This document shows, one piece after another, positions 41,415 to 51,052 of a DNA stretch of 64,000 bases. Location: contig OOHM01000001.1 in the NCBI GenBank assembly GCA_900320405.1, positions 203,191 to 267,190 on the forward strand, written 5' to 3'. The notes under the pieces were generated by a model. The model saw only the letters and a program-made list of their open reading frames with translations. It was not told the DNA's origin and searched no databases. The position numbers were made by a program, and so were the translations under genes. Source of the stretch: an uncultured Pseudomonadota bacterium. Lineage in GTDB: Bacteria > Pseudomonadota > Alphaproteobacteria > Rs-D84. Position 1 is the stretch's first letter. Each line of letters opens with the position of its first letter.

Positions 41415-41762
41415 ATGGCAAAGGGAAATCAAGAAAAATCAAACGCAACGCAACCGTTGGTAAAGCAATCGGGAATGCCCGCGTTTGTGCTGAATATGGA
41501 CACGCGTTTCTATCTTGCGGTGGCGAAAAAGACGGTTGGTAAATTGATATTTGTTTATACACTGGCGTGTGCCGGTGAACATGCGCGCTATGATGCGGCG
41601 GGGGCAACCGAAATTGCAACATTTGATAATGCCGATAATGCGGAAATTTATTATCAAACAATTAAACAGGCAATAGAATACAATAAAAAAACATCGATTT
41701 ATGATGCGTTAAGTGAATTTAACAGCGGTTTGTTAAAAAACTTTAATGTGGCAACACGATAA
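41415..41762 (+). CDS. hypothetical protein
   Basis: ORF with SD aaggaaaaa. No motif recognised. Confidence 0.4.
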   Translation: MAKGNQEKSNATQPLVKQSGMPAFVLNMDTRFYLAVAKKTVGKLIFVYTLACAGEHARYDAAGATEIATFDNADNAEIYYQTIKQAIEYNKKTSIYDALSEFNSGLLKNFNVATR

Positions 41763-41785
41763 ATATCACGAAAGGAGAAACCAAT

Positions 41786-42769
41786 ATGGCAAAAAAAGAA
41801 ATCGAAGTAATCGACCGCGGTGGTGCCAAAACCGTCGCAAAAAAAACATCGGTTATCACGCATGCAAAACGTGTGTTTTTAATCGTGTCAATTATATGGT
41901 TGGCGTTTGTGGCATGGTTTCCGTTGTATGTGAAATCGCACTATGCGGGGCCGATAAAAAAATCTATTGTTGTATCAATGTTTTTTGATTTGCAACGCAA
42001 CATTGTGGAACAATATGAAAAGTTATTGGGCGGAATTAAAAACGCAATCAATTTAGAAAAGCCAGTTGGCATTGCAATTGAAAAAGTAAAAATTGTTGAA
42101 AAACAGGTTGATAAAGTGACCGATACGACCGCCAAAGCGAAAGAGCAAACCGCCAAGGCGTCCGAGACAACCGCCGGTGTCAAAGGATTAACGGGTTTGG
42201 TCAATAAATTTGGTGTAAAAACCGATGGTGTAGATAAAGTCGTTAACCAGGCCGATTCTGCAATCGGTAAAGCAAACGCCGCGGTGGACAAAGTGGACAA
42301 TGTTGCCAAAATGGTGAACGATAAATTGGACACTGTTGAAAAAGAATTGGTTAAATTGACCCAAATCGAAGTCGATAAAATGATTGATGAAGCCGTCAAA
42401 AAACAAATCGACAAAAACACCGGTGGATTGGGCACAACATTGCTGACCAATTACGGAATTAAACACGTGTATCCGTGGCGTCCGTCTTCGTGGCCGGTGG
42501 CGGTGAAAATCTATAACGATTTGGAAAAATCCAATGTTGGCGTAGTGCAAATTTTGACCCGCACCGTGAACAAATATTTTGATTATGTTGCGTGGGGGTT
42601 GGTAATTGCGGCATGGGCGGTTGGTCTTTATATCTGGATGTTCATATACAAAAAATACAAGGCCACAATTGCACCGTTCATTGTATGCCCGCGTTGCGGA
42701 CACGCGTTTGCGGACCGGCGTACGGCTATGAGTATGCTGAAAGTATTGCAGCCGTGGAAGTGGTTTTAA
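41786..42769 (+). CDS. hypothetical membrane protein with central amphipathic helical repeats and C-terminal CPRCGH zinc-ribbon-like motif
   Basis: Strong SD aaggag. N-terminal TM helix, apolipoprotein-like KxxDxV repeats, two C-terminal TM helices. Confidence 0.5.
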   Translation: MAKKEIEVIDRGGAKTVAKKTSVITHAKRVFLIVSIIWLAFVAWFPLYVKSHYAGPIKKSIVVSMFFDLQRNIVEQYEKLLGGIKNAINLEKPVGIAIEKVKIVEKQVDKVTDTTAKAKEQTAKASETTAGVKGLTGLVNKFGVKTDGVDKVVNQADSAIGKANAAVDKVDNVAKMVNDKLDTVEKELVKLTQIEVDKMIDEAVKKQIDKNTGGLGTTLLTNYGIKHVYPWRPSSWPVAVKIYNDLEKSNVGVVQILTRTVNKYFDYVAWGLVIAAWAVGLYIWMFIYKKYKATIAPFIVCPRCGHAFADRRTAMSMLKVLQPWKWF

Positions 42770-42770
42770 T

Positions 42771-42795
42771 AAAACGCCCCATTTGGGGCGTTTTT
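42771..42795 (+). terminator. rho-independent terminator
   Basis: aaaacgcccc-attt-ggggcgtttt followed by T. Confidence 0.7.
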
Positions 42796-42856
42796 AACAA
42801 TATTTATTTTTTACTTGCAAAAACGAAATTTGTATGTAAGAATGTTCCACGCAATT

Positions 42857-42933
42857 GCGAGCGTAGCTCAGTTGGCTAGAGCGCAACCTTGCCAAGGTTG
42901 AGGTCGAGGGTTCGAGCCCCTTTGCTCGCACCA
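42857..42933 (+). tRNA. tRNA-Gly (GCC)
   Basis: Cloverleaf with anticodon loop ttGCCaa, T-loop ttcgagc and CCA encoded. Confidence 0.8.
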
Positions 42934-43202
42934 AAATTTTAAAAACCACCGTCAGGTGGTTTTTTGATTTTGCCGGCAAAGGGGCGAGAACCCGCAGGGT
43001 TGCGAGGCGAGGTGGCATTGCCACCGAAGTACTTTGCTCGCACCAAAATTTTAAAAACCACCGTTAGGTGGTTTTTTAATTTTGTCTGCAAAGGGGCGAG
43101 AACCCGCAGGGTTGCGAGGCGAGGTGGCATATGCCACCGAAGTACTTTGCTCGCACCAAAATTTTAAAAACCACCGTTAGGTGGTTTTTTAATTTTGCCG
43201 GC
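42921..43202 (+). repeat. tandem array (2.4 units of 112-113 bp), each unit ending with the tRNA-Gly 3' terminal 13 nt (tttgctcgcacca) followed by an intrinsic terminator hairpin
   Basis: tttgctcgcacca recurs at 42921, 43033 and 43146. The terminator aaaaaccaccgt(c/t)aggtggtttttt is present 3 times. Unit body: ggggcgagaacccgcagggttgcgaggcgaggtggcat(a)tgccaccgaagtac. Confidence 0.8.
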
Positions 43203-43281
43203 ATAAATGAACGACTGCCTTTTAATTTTATGGCAATGGCGGGATTTTTATTCTAAGATTCGATTATCTAAAGGGGTTTTT

Positions 43282-44391
43282 ATGACACAGATATTATCAG
43301 AAGTTAATTTGGATTACAGCGATATTTTAATTCGACCAAAAATGGGTATAAACCTGAATTCGCGACGTGATGTGAACCTGACGCGGGTTTTCAAATTCAA
43401 ACACGGCCAGACGCGCACCGGTCTTGGCGTTTTTAACGCCAATATGGCAACGGTTGGAAACTTTGTTGTCGCGAAAAAGTTATTGTCGCGCGGGATGTTC
43501 GCAACAATTCATAAACACTACAATATCGATGAAATCGGTGAATTTTTGAATTTGTGTCGGGCCGAAAATATTCCTTTGGACAATTTGTTTATAACAATCG
43601 GGTTAAAAAATGCCGATGCGGAAATTCAAAAATTAAAAGATTTAGAATCAAAATATAAATGGACGAATCCGCGCAATATATGTATCGATGCACCGAACTT
43701 TTATATCCCAAATGCGTTGGATGTGTTGATGCGTGTTCGTGACGAATTTCCGGATGCAGTGATTATGGCCGGAAATATCGCCAGTGGTGACATATGTCTT
43801 AAATTATTAGATTATGCGGACATTATAAAATGCGGCATAGGCAGCGGTTCCGCGTGTTTAACGCGTCGCCAGACGGGTTGCGGAACGCCAATGGTATCAT
43901 TAATTATTGAATGTGCCGATATTGCGCATTCTGTGAACGGTCATATTTGCGCGGATGGCGGAATTGTCGATGTTGGTGATATATGCAAGGCGTTGTGTTT
44001 GAATGCAGATTTTGTTATGGCGGGTGGAATATTTGCCGGTTCGGACGAAGCCGCGGGTAATGTCATCGAAAAACATTTCGAAACCAATGAAATTGTGGAT
44101 GGTGCGCGCGTTGTTCAAACAAAATATTTCAAGGCGTATTACGGAATGTCATCTGAATATGCGAACAATAAATTTGCGGGCGGTATGGCGGACTATAAAA
44201 CATCCGAAGGCCGCGAATTGTTGATACCATACACCGGGCCGATTGACAAAATATTGCAGGATATAAATGGTGGAATTGCATCTTGTTGCACATACATCGG
44301 CGCGACCACGGTCAAACATATGGCAAAATGTGCCACTATAATACCGGTTCATAACCAATTAAACCGCGTGTTTGAAAAATATTCTGTATGA
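43282..44391 (+). CDS. guaC: GMP reductase (IMPDH/GMPR family, no CBS pair)
   Basis: TIM barrel with GIGSGSACLTRRQTGCG catalytic Cys loop. Size fits GuaC. Confidence 0.65.
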   Translation: MTQILSEVNLDYSDILIRPKMGINLNSRRDVNLTRVFKFKHGQTRTGLGVFNANMATVGNFVVAKKLLSRGMFATIHKHYNIDEIGEFLNLCRAENIPLDNLFITIGLKNADAEIQKLKDLESKYKWTNPRNICIDAPNFYIPNALDVLMRVRDEFPDAVIMAGNIASGDICLKLLDYADIIKCGIGSGSACLTRRQTGCGTPMVSLIIECADIAHSVNGHICADGGIVDVGDICKALCLNADFVMAGGIFAGSDEAAGNVIEKHFETNEIVDGARVVQTKYFKAYYGMSSEYANNKFAGGMADYKTSEGRELLIPYTGPIDKILQDINGGIASCCTYIGATTVKHMAKCATIIPVHNQLNRVFEKYSV

Positions 44392-44468
44392 TATCGTCAC
44401 GGTATTTATAATTGTCAAATTTGTGGTTTTGTGATATAATATGCCCGATAAAACAATGGGGTATATTT

Positions 44469-45977
44469 ATGATACAGGCCAAGAAAACAAAACTTACAAA
44501 ATCTGCGTTGGGAATTGCAACGGCTGCAATGGTTGCGGGTGGTGTCGCGTTGCACGGAAATAAACAGAAGGCGCGTGATAAAGAATCCGCGTCACAAGAA
44601 AAAGACGATGCGCCCACACGTAATCAGATTCAGAAAAATTTGACATTTGGCGAATACAAAGAAATGTTGGCCCCGGTCACGCCGTATATTATGTTGGAAT
44701 TGATTTTGAATGAAGGAATCAAGTTAGACAAATCCGGAAAATATTGTGTCCCGTACAAAGATTCCCGTGGTGTTTGGACAATTGCGTTCGGTGTCACCAC
44801 AACCAGTGATGGTAAAAAGGTTTCTAAAAATACGAAACCGATACCGATTGCGCGTGCGTGGGATGAATCTATACACTTTTTGGAAACACGTGAAACATAC
44901 TTTTTAATGTATTGCTATGATGTTGGGTGTGAAAATTTACATTTGGATAATGCGGCGCGTATGTGTGCGTTTGCGTCGATTTTTTATAATTCCGGTACAA
45001 AACTTATGGAAGAACCAGACGATAAAAATCATCGTGAAAGAAACGAAACATTGCGCAATTTATACAAAGAATATGGTGACAATATTACCGCGGATATGGT
45101 GCGTGAATGTTTTGCAAAATATCCAATTGTTGCCCCGCGTTCGTTTGGCGCACGCGCAATTGCCGGCGCATCGGATAAGGAATTGGCGGACATTTTGGGG
45201 TTGTATACGGTTGGTGGACGCGGGTTATGGTCACGGCGTTGGATTGAAGGACAAATTTTGATGGGCAATATAACACCCGAAGATTTCTTGCAATTGCCCG
45301 AACAAAGTCTTTATGAATTCTTTCGTTTGATGGGTGAAGAACGCTCTGTTTTTTGGCTTGGCAAAGATCAAGATACCAAAATAAATATGGAAACATTGAA
45401 CGCGTTTCAAGAATGGATTAAAAACCCGGTCACACATGACGGTAAAACAAAATTTTCCGGCCAAACAATTGGGGAAATGTTGGCGCATATGACCCCGCAA
45501 ATATTGGCGGATTTTGACGGGGGTAAATATGAATTGGGCGACATAAATCACCTTTATAAACGTCCAAATAAAAAATCGATGACGGATTCTTTATATTTTT
45601 TGGCAAATGCGGATTTCTTGGCGGGTGACTATGCATCGGCCGCAGAAAAGTTCGAAACATTGGCAACAAAAAATCCGGGCAATGCGCAAATCTTTAATGA
45701 CTTGGCCGCGACATACAATAATATGGGTGAATATGAACGCGCATTAACTGCAATCGGGCATATTATTAAAGATATCAAAGATAAAACCGCATTCGCGGCG
45801 GCATACTATAACGCGGGTGTCGCACGGGAAGCCCTGGGCGAATATTCCAAGGCATTGATAAATTATAACAAGGCGATTGAGAACGGTAATAAATCACCGC
45901 GTGTGCCCGCCGCAATCAAACGGGTGGAATTAAATAAAAATATGGCGTCACGCGGTGGCGGCGGCGCGCGTATTTAA
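44469..45977 (+). CDS. secreted/anchored GH24-lysozyme-like domain protein fused to C-terminal TPR repeats
   Basis: N-terminal hydrophobic segment. ELILNEGIKLDKSGKYCVPYKDSRGVWTIAFGVTT matches the T4-type lysozyme ExxxxxYxDxxGxxTIGxG core. The C-terminus has TPR-like YYNAGVAREALGEYSKALINYNKAIE. Confidence 0.55.
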   Translation: MIQAKKTKLTKSALGIATAAMVAGGVALHGNKQKARDKESASQEKDDAPTRNQIQKNLTFGEYKEMLAPVTPYIMLELILNEGIKLDKSGKYCVPYKDSRGVWTIAFGVTTTSDGKKVSKNTKPIPIARAWDESIHFLETRETYFLMYCYDVGCENLHLDNAARMCAFASIFYNSGTKLMEEPDDKNHRERNETLRNLYKEYGDNITADMVRECFAKYPIVAPRSFGARAIAGASDKELADILGLYTVGGRGLWSRRWIEGQILMGNITPEDFLQLPEQSLYEFFRLMGEERSVFWLGKDQDTKINMETLNAFQEWIKNPVTHDGKTKFSGQTIGEMLAHMTPQILADFDGGKYELGDINHLYKRPNKKSMTDSLYFLANADFLAGDYASAAEKFETLATKNPGNAQIFNDLAATYNNMGEYERALTAIGHIIKDIKDKTAFAAAYYNAGVAREALGEYSKALINYNKAIENGNKSPRVPAAIKRVELNKNMASRGGGGARI

Positions 45978-46002
45978 TCGCCAAAATAATGTATAAATAT
46001 TG

Positions 46003-46179
46003 TTAGTGTGATTTTTGCATCACAGATTCTTGATAGGCTTTCAGTTCGTCAAGATAATTTTCCAGTGCAATTTTTTCCGGTGACAAAACCTTTTGTGTGC
46101 CGCCGCTGGTCGTCACATACTGTAATACCCATTTGCCGTTTTCTTTATCCCATTTTATTGGATATACTTTTTTGACCAT
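46003..46179 (-). CDS. small hypothetical protein (58 aa)
   Basis: MVKKVYPIKWDKENGKWVLQYV... Below the ORF-track cutoff. Weak SD. Confidence 0.25.
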   Translation of the reverse strand: MVKKVYPIKWDKENGKWVLQYVTTSGGTQKVLSPEKIALENYLDELKAYQESVMQKSH

Positions 46180-46204
46180 TTCTTTTTCTCTTTTCCTTGC
46201 CTTG

Positions 46205-46768
46205 TTATTTCGTGATTATTCCGTGCTCTATCAGTGCGGTGGCCAAATCGGGATAATGTTCCACGCGGTCACACAGATGGTGATTGTACGGTGTATCCGG
46301 ATTTGAAATCATCACAATATCAATATCGTTTGTAATACAGTCGTGCACAACATTTGGTGAATCGTCAAAACACAAATCAATGTTGTATTTGCGCAGTGCC
46401 TCGATTTTAGGTTTATGATTTACAACCCGACTTTTATCACATACAATTCCCGCATTTTGTAATTGCATAAGATCCATATCTGACATAGCAATTGGACGTT
46501 CTGTAATAAAATAGATTTCTATATCGTCGCGGGCGACCATGCGATTTAATAATTCCGGAATCCGGGCATTTACAACCGGTATGTTTCGCAGTTCCGGGGA
46601 ATCGAATGCCCCCATTATTTCATCTGCAACATATTTGGGCACACATTGATATGGGTCATATGTTTTAAGCATATTAAAATCGACATTATGCCGTTCACAA
46701 ATATCGTGAATTACACGCGCAGTATCAAAAACTGTATTATCCAAATCGATTGCGATTCTGGTGTTCAT
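46205..46768 (-). CDS. 5'(3')-deoxyribonucleotidase (HAD superfamily)
   Basis: IAIDLDNTVFD HAD motif I in the NT5C-like arrangement. Start at MNTRIA. Confidence 0.6.
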   Translation of the reverse strand: MNTRIAIDLDNTVFDTARVIHDICERHNVDFNMLKTYDPYQCVPKYVADEIMGAFDSPELRNIPVVNARIPELLNRMVARDDIEIYFITERPIAMSDMDLMQLQNAGIVCDKSRVVNHKPKIEALRKYNIDLCFDDSPNVVHDCITNDIDIVMISNPDTPYNHHLCDRVEHYPDLATALIEHGIITK

Positions 46769-47028
46769 ATGTTTACTTTTCCAAATTATTGTTGGGGTAT
46801 TATAAATGCAGAAAAACATCATAACCAGTTAATTTTTGCGTTTTTTATAAATAAATCCTTTGACAACCGGCATAAAAGCGTCCATAATACCGTCGTGTGT
46901 TTAACAACACGGAATGGTAAATGCGTACAATGTGCAAGAAATCTTTGCTATAATGGTGCGACCACAACGAAATTTGCGGGCGCACCTTTGTGGTGCCCCG
47001 TTTTTTTAAAAAACAAAAGGAAAAGGTT

Positions 47029-48495
47029 ATGTCAGAAAACACAACAATGTCCACAAACGAATTGACGGCCCGTCTGCAAAAGGCCGAAAACATCCGCGCA
47101 CGCGATGGCGTTGTATGGAAGGATAAATTTGACCGTACACATACAATTGCGGAATCACGCGAATTGGCGGACGGCACGGCGGTGAAACTTTGTGGTCGTG
47201 TGACGGCGTTGCGGTGGCTTGGTAAATTAATGTTTGGGCGCATTTATGACATAAATGGTGAAATTCAGTTTTCTATGTCGCGCGAAGAATTGGGCGAAGA
47301 AAATTATAAATTTATGAAGGCCAATGTCGATTTGGGCGATTTTATTGGTATAACCGGTGAATTGTATCACACAACGGCGGGCGAATTGACCGTGCGTGTA
47401 TCTGCCTATGAAATCTTGGCCAAGGCGTTGCGTCCGTTGCCGGAAAAATTCCACGGTTTAACCGATATGGAAACGCGTTATCGTCAACGCTATCTGGATA
47501 TTATTTCTAACCCAGAATCGCGTAACGCATTGTTGGGGCGTTTCAAAATGACCCAGCATTTGCGTGATTTTATGAATGATAACGGTTTTTTAGAAATCGA
47601 AACCCCAATTATGCAGAACATCGCATCGGGTGCGGCGGCACGTCCATTCACAACACACCATAATGCATTGGATGCCGATTTCCAATTGCGTATTTCACCG
47701 GAATTGTTCTTAAAGATGGCGATTGGTGCCGGATTTGACCGTGTGTACGAGGTCGCCAAGGATTTTCGCAACGAAGGTATGGATGCGATGCACCTGCAAG
47801 AATTTACTATGATTGAATGGTATGCGGCGTATTGGGATTACAAACGGAATATTGAATTCACGTGGAAACTGGTGCAAGATTTGATTATGCGCGCCCGTGG
47901 CACATTACAAATTGAATACCAGGGTACAAAATTAGATTTTTCAAAATACGAAATGATAGATTACACCGCAAAAATGAACGAATTATTCGGTTGCAACATT
48001 TTGGATTTTGAAGATGTTGATGTTCTGCGCCAAAAATTGGTTGACGAAGGTATGTTCCCGGCCGATGAATTAGAAAATTTGAAATCATTGGCAACATTGG
48101 TTGATTATGTATACAAGCGCAAAATCCGCACTCAAATTGTTCAGCCTACAATCCTGTACAATTATCCAACATATATGGTACCATTGGCGCGTCGCAACGA
48201 CGATGATGACCGGCGTTTGGATATGTATCAATTGTTGGTGGCGGGGGGCGAATTGTGCAAGGGATATTCCGAATTGGTTAACCCGATTCAACAGGCCCAG
48301 GCATTCGAAGACCAGGCGAAGAGTATCGCCGGCGGCGAAGAAGAAGCGTTTAATCCCGACAACGACTTTGTTCGTGCGATGGAACACGGGTTTCCACCGA
48401 TTTCCGGTGTGGGTATGGGTATAGACCGTCTGGCGGCGATTGTCTTTGACCAACCGACACTGCGTGATGTTGTGTTGTTCCCGATTATGAAATAA
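47029..48495 (+). CDS. lysS: lysine--tRNA ligase (class II)
   Basis: N-terminal OB anticodon-binding domain, class II motifs 1-3, C-terminal GIDRLAAIV. Confidence 0.85.
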   Translation: MSENTTMSTNELTARLQKAENIRARDGVVWKDKFDRTHTIAESRELADGTAVKLCGRVTALRWLGKLMFGRIYDINGEIQFSMSREELGEENYKFMKANVDLGDFIGITGELYHTTAGELTVRVSAYEILAKALRPLPEKFHGLTDMETRYRQRYLDIISNPESRNALLGRFKMTQHLRDFMNDNGFLEIETPIMQNIASGAAARPFTTHHNALDADFQLRISPELFLKMAIGAGFDRVYEVAKDFRNEGMDAMHLQEFTMIEWYAAYWDYKRNIEFTWKLVQDLIMRARGTLQIEYQGTKLDFSKYEMIDYTAKMNELFGCNILDFEDVDVLRQKLVDEGMFPADELENLKSLATLVDYVYKRKIRTQIVQPTILYNYPTYMVPLARRNDDDDRRLDMYQLLVAGGELCKGYSELVNPIQQAQAFEDQAKSIAGGEEEAFNPDNDFVRAMEHGFPPISGVGMGIDRLAAIVFDQPTLRDVVLFPIMK

Positions 48496-48506
48496 CGGAT
48501 TTATAT

Positions 48507-49892
48507 ATGGTTGCCCAAGATGTTAATCTTTTAACCGCAGACCACGATAGGCATAACCTTGACATTATTGACAAGGCGCGCGTTGCCGGGCGCATAAACG
48601 ATGAAACGGCGGAATACCTTGTGCGGCTTTACACCGACGGTATGCGGTCTTATCGCGAGGTTTTTCATGTCTTGGGCAAATGTTTTGGCGCGCCAAAAAC
48701 GGCGGTGACAGAATATGACCCGGCGACAGATTCATCTGTTAACAAACCGATTAAGATTGCCGACATAAATCCATTGTCTTCTTATTTGGTAAATCATCGT
48801 TTGGACGCCGACCCGATGCGGAACCAGTTTTTTACATCCGGTGCGTCGCATAAAATTGATTTATCTGTGTCATCAATTGTGACTGTTATTGTCGCGGCCC
48901 AAAAAAACATTGAACGCGCATTGGACAAGGTCACGGGTAAATATTATCGATTCTTTATCGAAGATGTTATCGCGGCATTATCATCCGTTATGGCGGAATC
49001 GGTGTCAAAGAAAGATTTTGATGAAATTGAACAACGAATTCGTGCCCGTTTTGATTCCAAATATGTGACCGATGCCGCCAAGGAGGTTTTATCTGTCCTT
49101 GGCCAAGGTGACGATGCGTTGGTTGTTAAAATTGTTCGTGAATTAGATAATGTTAAAAAACCATACCTGTATTTGAATGATGTTTGGCGTGTAAAATGTT
49201 TGTTTGACTTGATACCCCAGGCCCGCACATTTATCGAACGCCTTAATATTATGATGCCGGAACGTGTGTTGACCGTGCGTGACAAATTCTATGATATTGG
49301 CAATCCGCGTAATTATCGTGATTCCAAGGTTATTATAAATATTGGTACGCCGGATTATGTTATCCCCATGGAAATTATATGCCAGGTTCGCACATTCTTT
49401 GAATTTGAACGCAAAACACATGATTACTATGCGTTGATTCGTGAAGACCCGAATATGGAAAATGCCAAGATTGAAAAAGAACTGGCCGAATTTATGGAAA
49501 ACGGTATTCGTGAATATAACCTTATGATATGCCGTTGCTTGGACGATTTGTTTGATCGTGTTGGGTGGAATATTTTATACAGTCGTGGTGGTGATGTCGC
49601 ACTGTTCGAAGGTTTCCCGCGTGAATGCAAATTATATTATCCGGCAAGTATGATGGAAACCATATTGAACAAATTGGATGCGGCGGTCAAGAACGAGATT
49701 TTCCATATCACAAATTCTTCATCAAAGTTGGATTTGACTCAACAGATTGCTATTTTCCGTTTTATGGCGCGTTTCATATTGGTTTCTGCGTTACCGCGGG
49801 CCCGTGCGGGGACAAATATTCCCGGTAAAGATTTGGCAACGCGTTTGTTCAATTTTGTTATGAATGAAGTTTATCGGTATTATAAAAAATAG
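48507..49892 (+). CDS. hypothetical protein (461 aa), no recognisable domain
   Basis: Clean ORF 12 nt after lysS. No signal peptide. Confidence 0.5.
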   Translation: MVAQDVNLLTADHDRHNLDIIDKARVAGRINDETAEYLVRLYTDGMRSYREVFHVLGKCFGAPKTAVTEYDPATDSSVNKPIKIADINPLSSYLVNHRLDADPMRNQFFTSGASHKIDLSVSSIVTVIVAAQKNIERALDKVTGKYYRFFIEDVIAALSSVMAESVSKKDFDEIEQRIRARFDSKYVTDAAKEVLSVLGQGDDALVVKIVRELDNVKKPYLYLNDVWRVKCLFDLIPQARTFIERLNIMMPERVLTVRDKFYDIGNPRNYRDSKVIINIGTPDYVIPMEIICQVRTFFEFERKTHDYYALIREDPNMENAKIEKELAEFMENGIREYNLMICRCLDDLFDRVGWNILYSRGGDVALFEGFPRECKLYYPASMMETILNKLDAAVKNEIFHITNSSSKLDLTQQIAIFRFMARFILVSALPRARAGTNIPGKDLATRLFNFVMNEVYRYYKK

Positions 49893-50023
49893 GGCTATAC
49901 GGACAAATATCCTTTTGGTCACATATGATATTTTCTTGATTTTACATTTTTATTGTGACAAGATTCAATTAGATGCAACTGAATATGGTTGAATCATAAA
50001 CAAGGTTAGCAAAGGAAAAAAAG

Positions 50024-50368
50024 ATGCGTCAAGGTAAAGTAAAATGGTATAACGGCAAAAAGTGTTTTGGTTTTATTGCGCCGGACACGCCGAATGAAGA
50101 CGGCAATACAGATGATGTTTTTGTTCATTCCAGTTCTTTGAAAGATGCAGATTTGCGATTCCTTAATGAAGGCGATATCGTCGAATTTGAAGAAGAGGTT
50201 CGCAATGGCAAATTATCCGTCACAACAATTAAATTGATTCAACGCGATGAAGAATCCGCAAAAAGATTCCAAGAACGTCGTGCGGAACGCCGGCGTGCCC
50301 GCGAAGAAAGAAAAAGTCGCGAAGAACATAAAGAAAAAAAATCAGGTTTTGCATTTTGGAAAAAGTAA
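50024..50368 (+). CDS. cold-shock domain protein with Arg/Glu/Lys-rich C-terminal tail
   Basis: KWYNGKKCFGFI and VFVHSS RNP motifs of CspA. 45-aa charged extension. Confidence 0.75.
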   Translation: MRQGKVKWYNGKKCFGFIAPDTPNEDGNTDDVFVHSSSLKDADLRFLNEGDIVEFEEEVRNGKLSVTTIKLIQRDEESAKRFQERRAERRRAREERKSREEHKEKKSGFAFWKK

Positions 50369-50371
50369 AAT

Positions 50372-50395
50372 AACCCGCACGATGCGGGTTTTTGT
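50372..50395 (+). terminator. rho-independent terminator
   Basis: acccgca-cga-tgcgggt followed by T5. Confidence 0.7.
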
Positions 50396-50457
50396 TTGCT
50401 TTTAATCTAATTTATTATAAAATGTAAACACAACCATAAAAACAAAAAGGATGAAAT

Positions 50458-51006
50458 ATGTGGACGGCAATTGGAATTGTTGCAGTTTTGGTGTTATATA
50501 TTATTGCGGTTTATAACGGACTGGTTTCCCGTCGGAACCAGGCACGCGAGGCATGGTCAACAATCGACACGCAATTAAAACGCCGGTACGATTTGATACC
50601 AAACCTGGTTGAAACGGTTCGTGGCGCGGCGGCACACGAAAAAGATACGCTTTCAGATGTTATCAAGGCGCGTAATACGGCAATGTCAACAAATCCGTTG
50701 GACGGCGCGTCGGCGGAACGCGGACTGACCGGTGCATTGAACAAGTTATTTGCCCTTGGGGAATCATATCCAACCCTGCGTGCAAACGAAAATTTCTTGG
50801 AATTGCAACGCGAATTAACGGATACAGAAACAAAAATTCAATCTGCGCGTCAATTTTATAATACCGTTGTAATGGCATTAAATACCCAGATTGAACAATT
50901 CCCATCAAATATTGTCGCGCGTATGTTTGGGGTCACCAAAGAAAAATTGTTCGAAATGGATGAATCCGAACGCCGGACCCCAAAGGTCAGTTTTAATAAA
51001 CAGTAA
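50458..51006 (+). CDS. lemA: LemA family protein
   Basis: N-terminal TM helix, then YNGLVSRRNQAREAWSTIDTQLKRRYDLIPNLVETV, typical of LemA. Confidence 0.75.
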   Translation: MWTAIGIVAVLVLYIIAVYNGLVSRRNQAREAWSTIDTQLKRRYDLIPNLVETVRGAAAHEKDTLSDVIKARNTAMSTNPLDGASAERGLTGALNKLFALGESYPTLRANENFLELQRELTDTETKIQSARQFYNTVVMALNTQIEQFPSNIVARMFGVTKEKLFEMDESERRTPKVSFNKQ

Positions 51007-51013
51007 GATAAAA

Positions 51014-51037
51014 AAACACCCGCCGTTGCGGGTGTTT
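51014..51037 (+). terminator. rho-independent terminator (possibly bidirectional)
   Basis: acacccgc-cgtt-gcgggtgt followed by tt. Confidence 0.55.
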
Positions 51038-51052
51038 CAATTCGTATAATAT

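Noticed and set aside
42794-43130. Track ORFs 42794..43024 and 42939..43130 (minus) giving repeated MPPRLATLRVLAPL peptides
   Set aside because: These are artefacts of translating the tRNA-Gly and tandem repeat DNA, and they overlap a bona fide tRNA.
42934-43202. Possible CRISPR array (regular direct repeats next to the tRNA)
   Set aside because: The units are 112-113 bp and near-identical across their whole length, with no short repeat / unique spacer alternation and no cas genes. They are tandem duplications carrying the tRNA 3' end.
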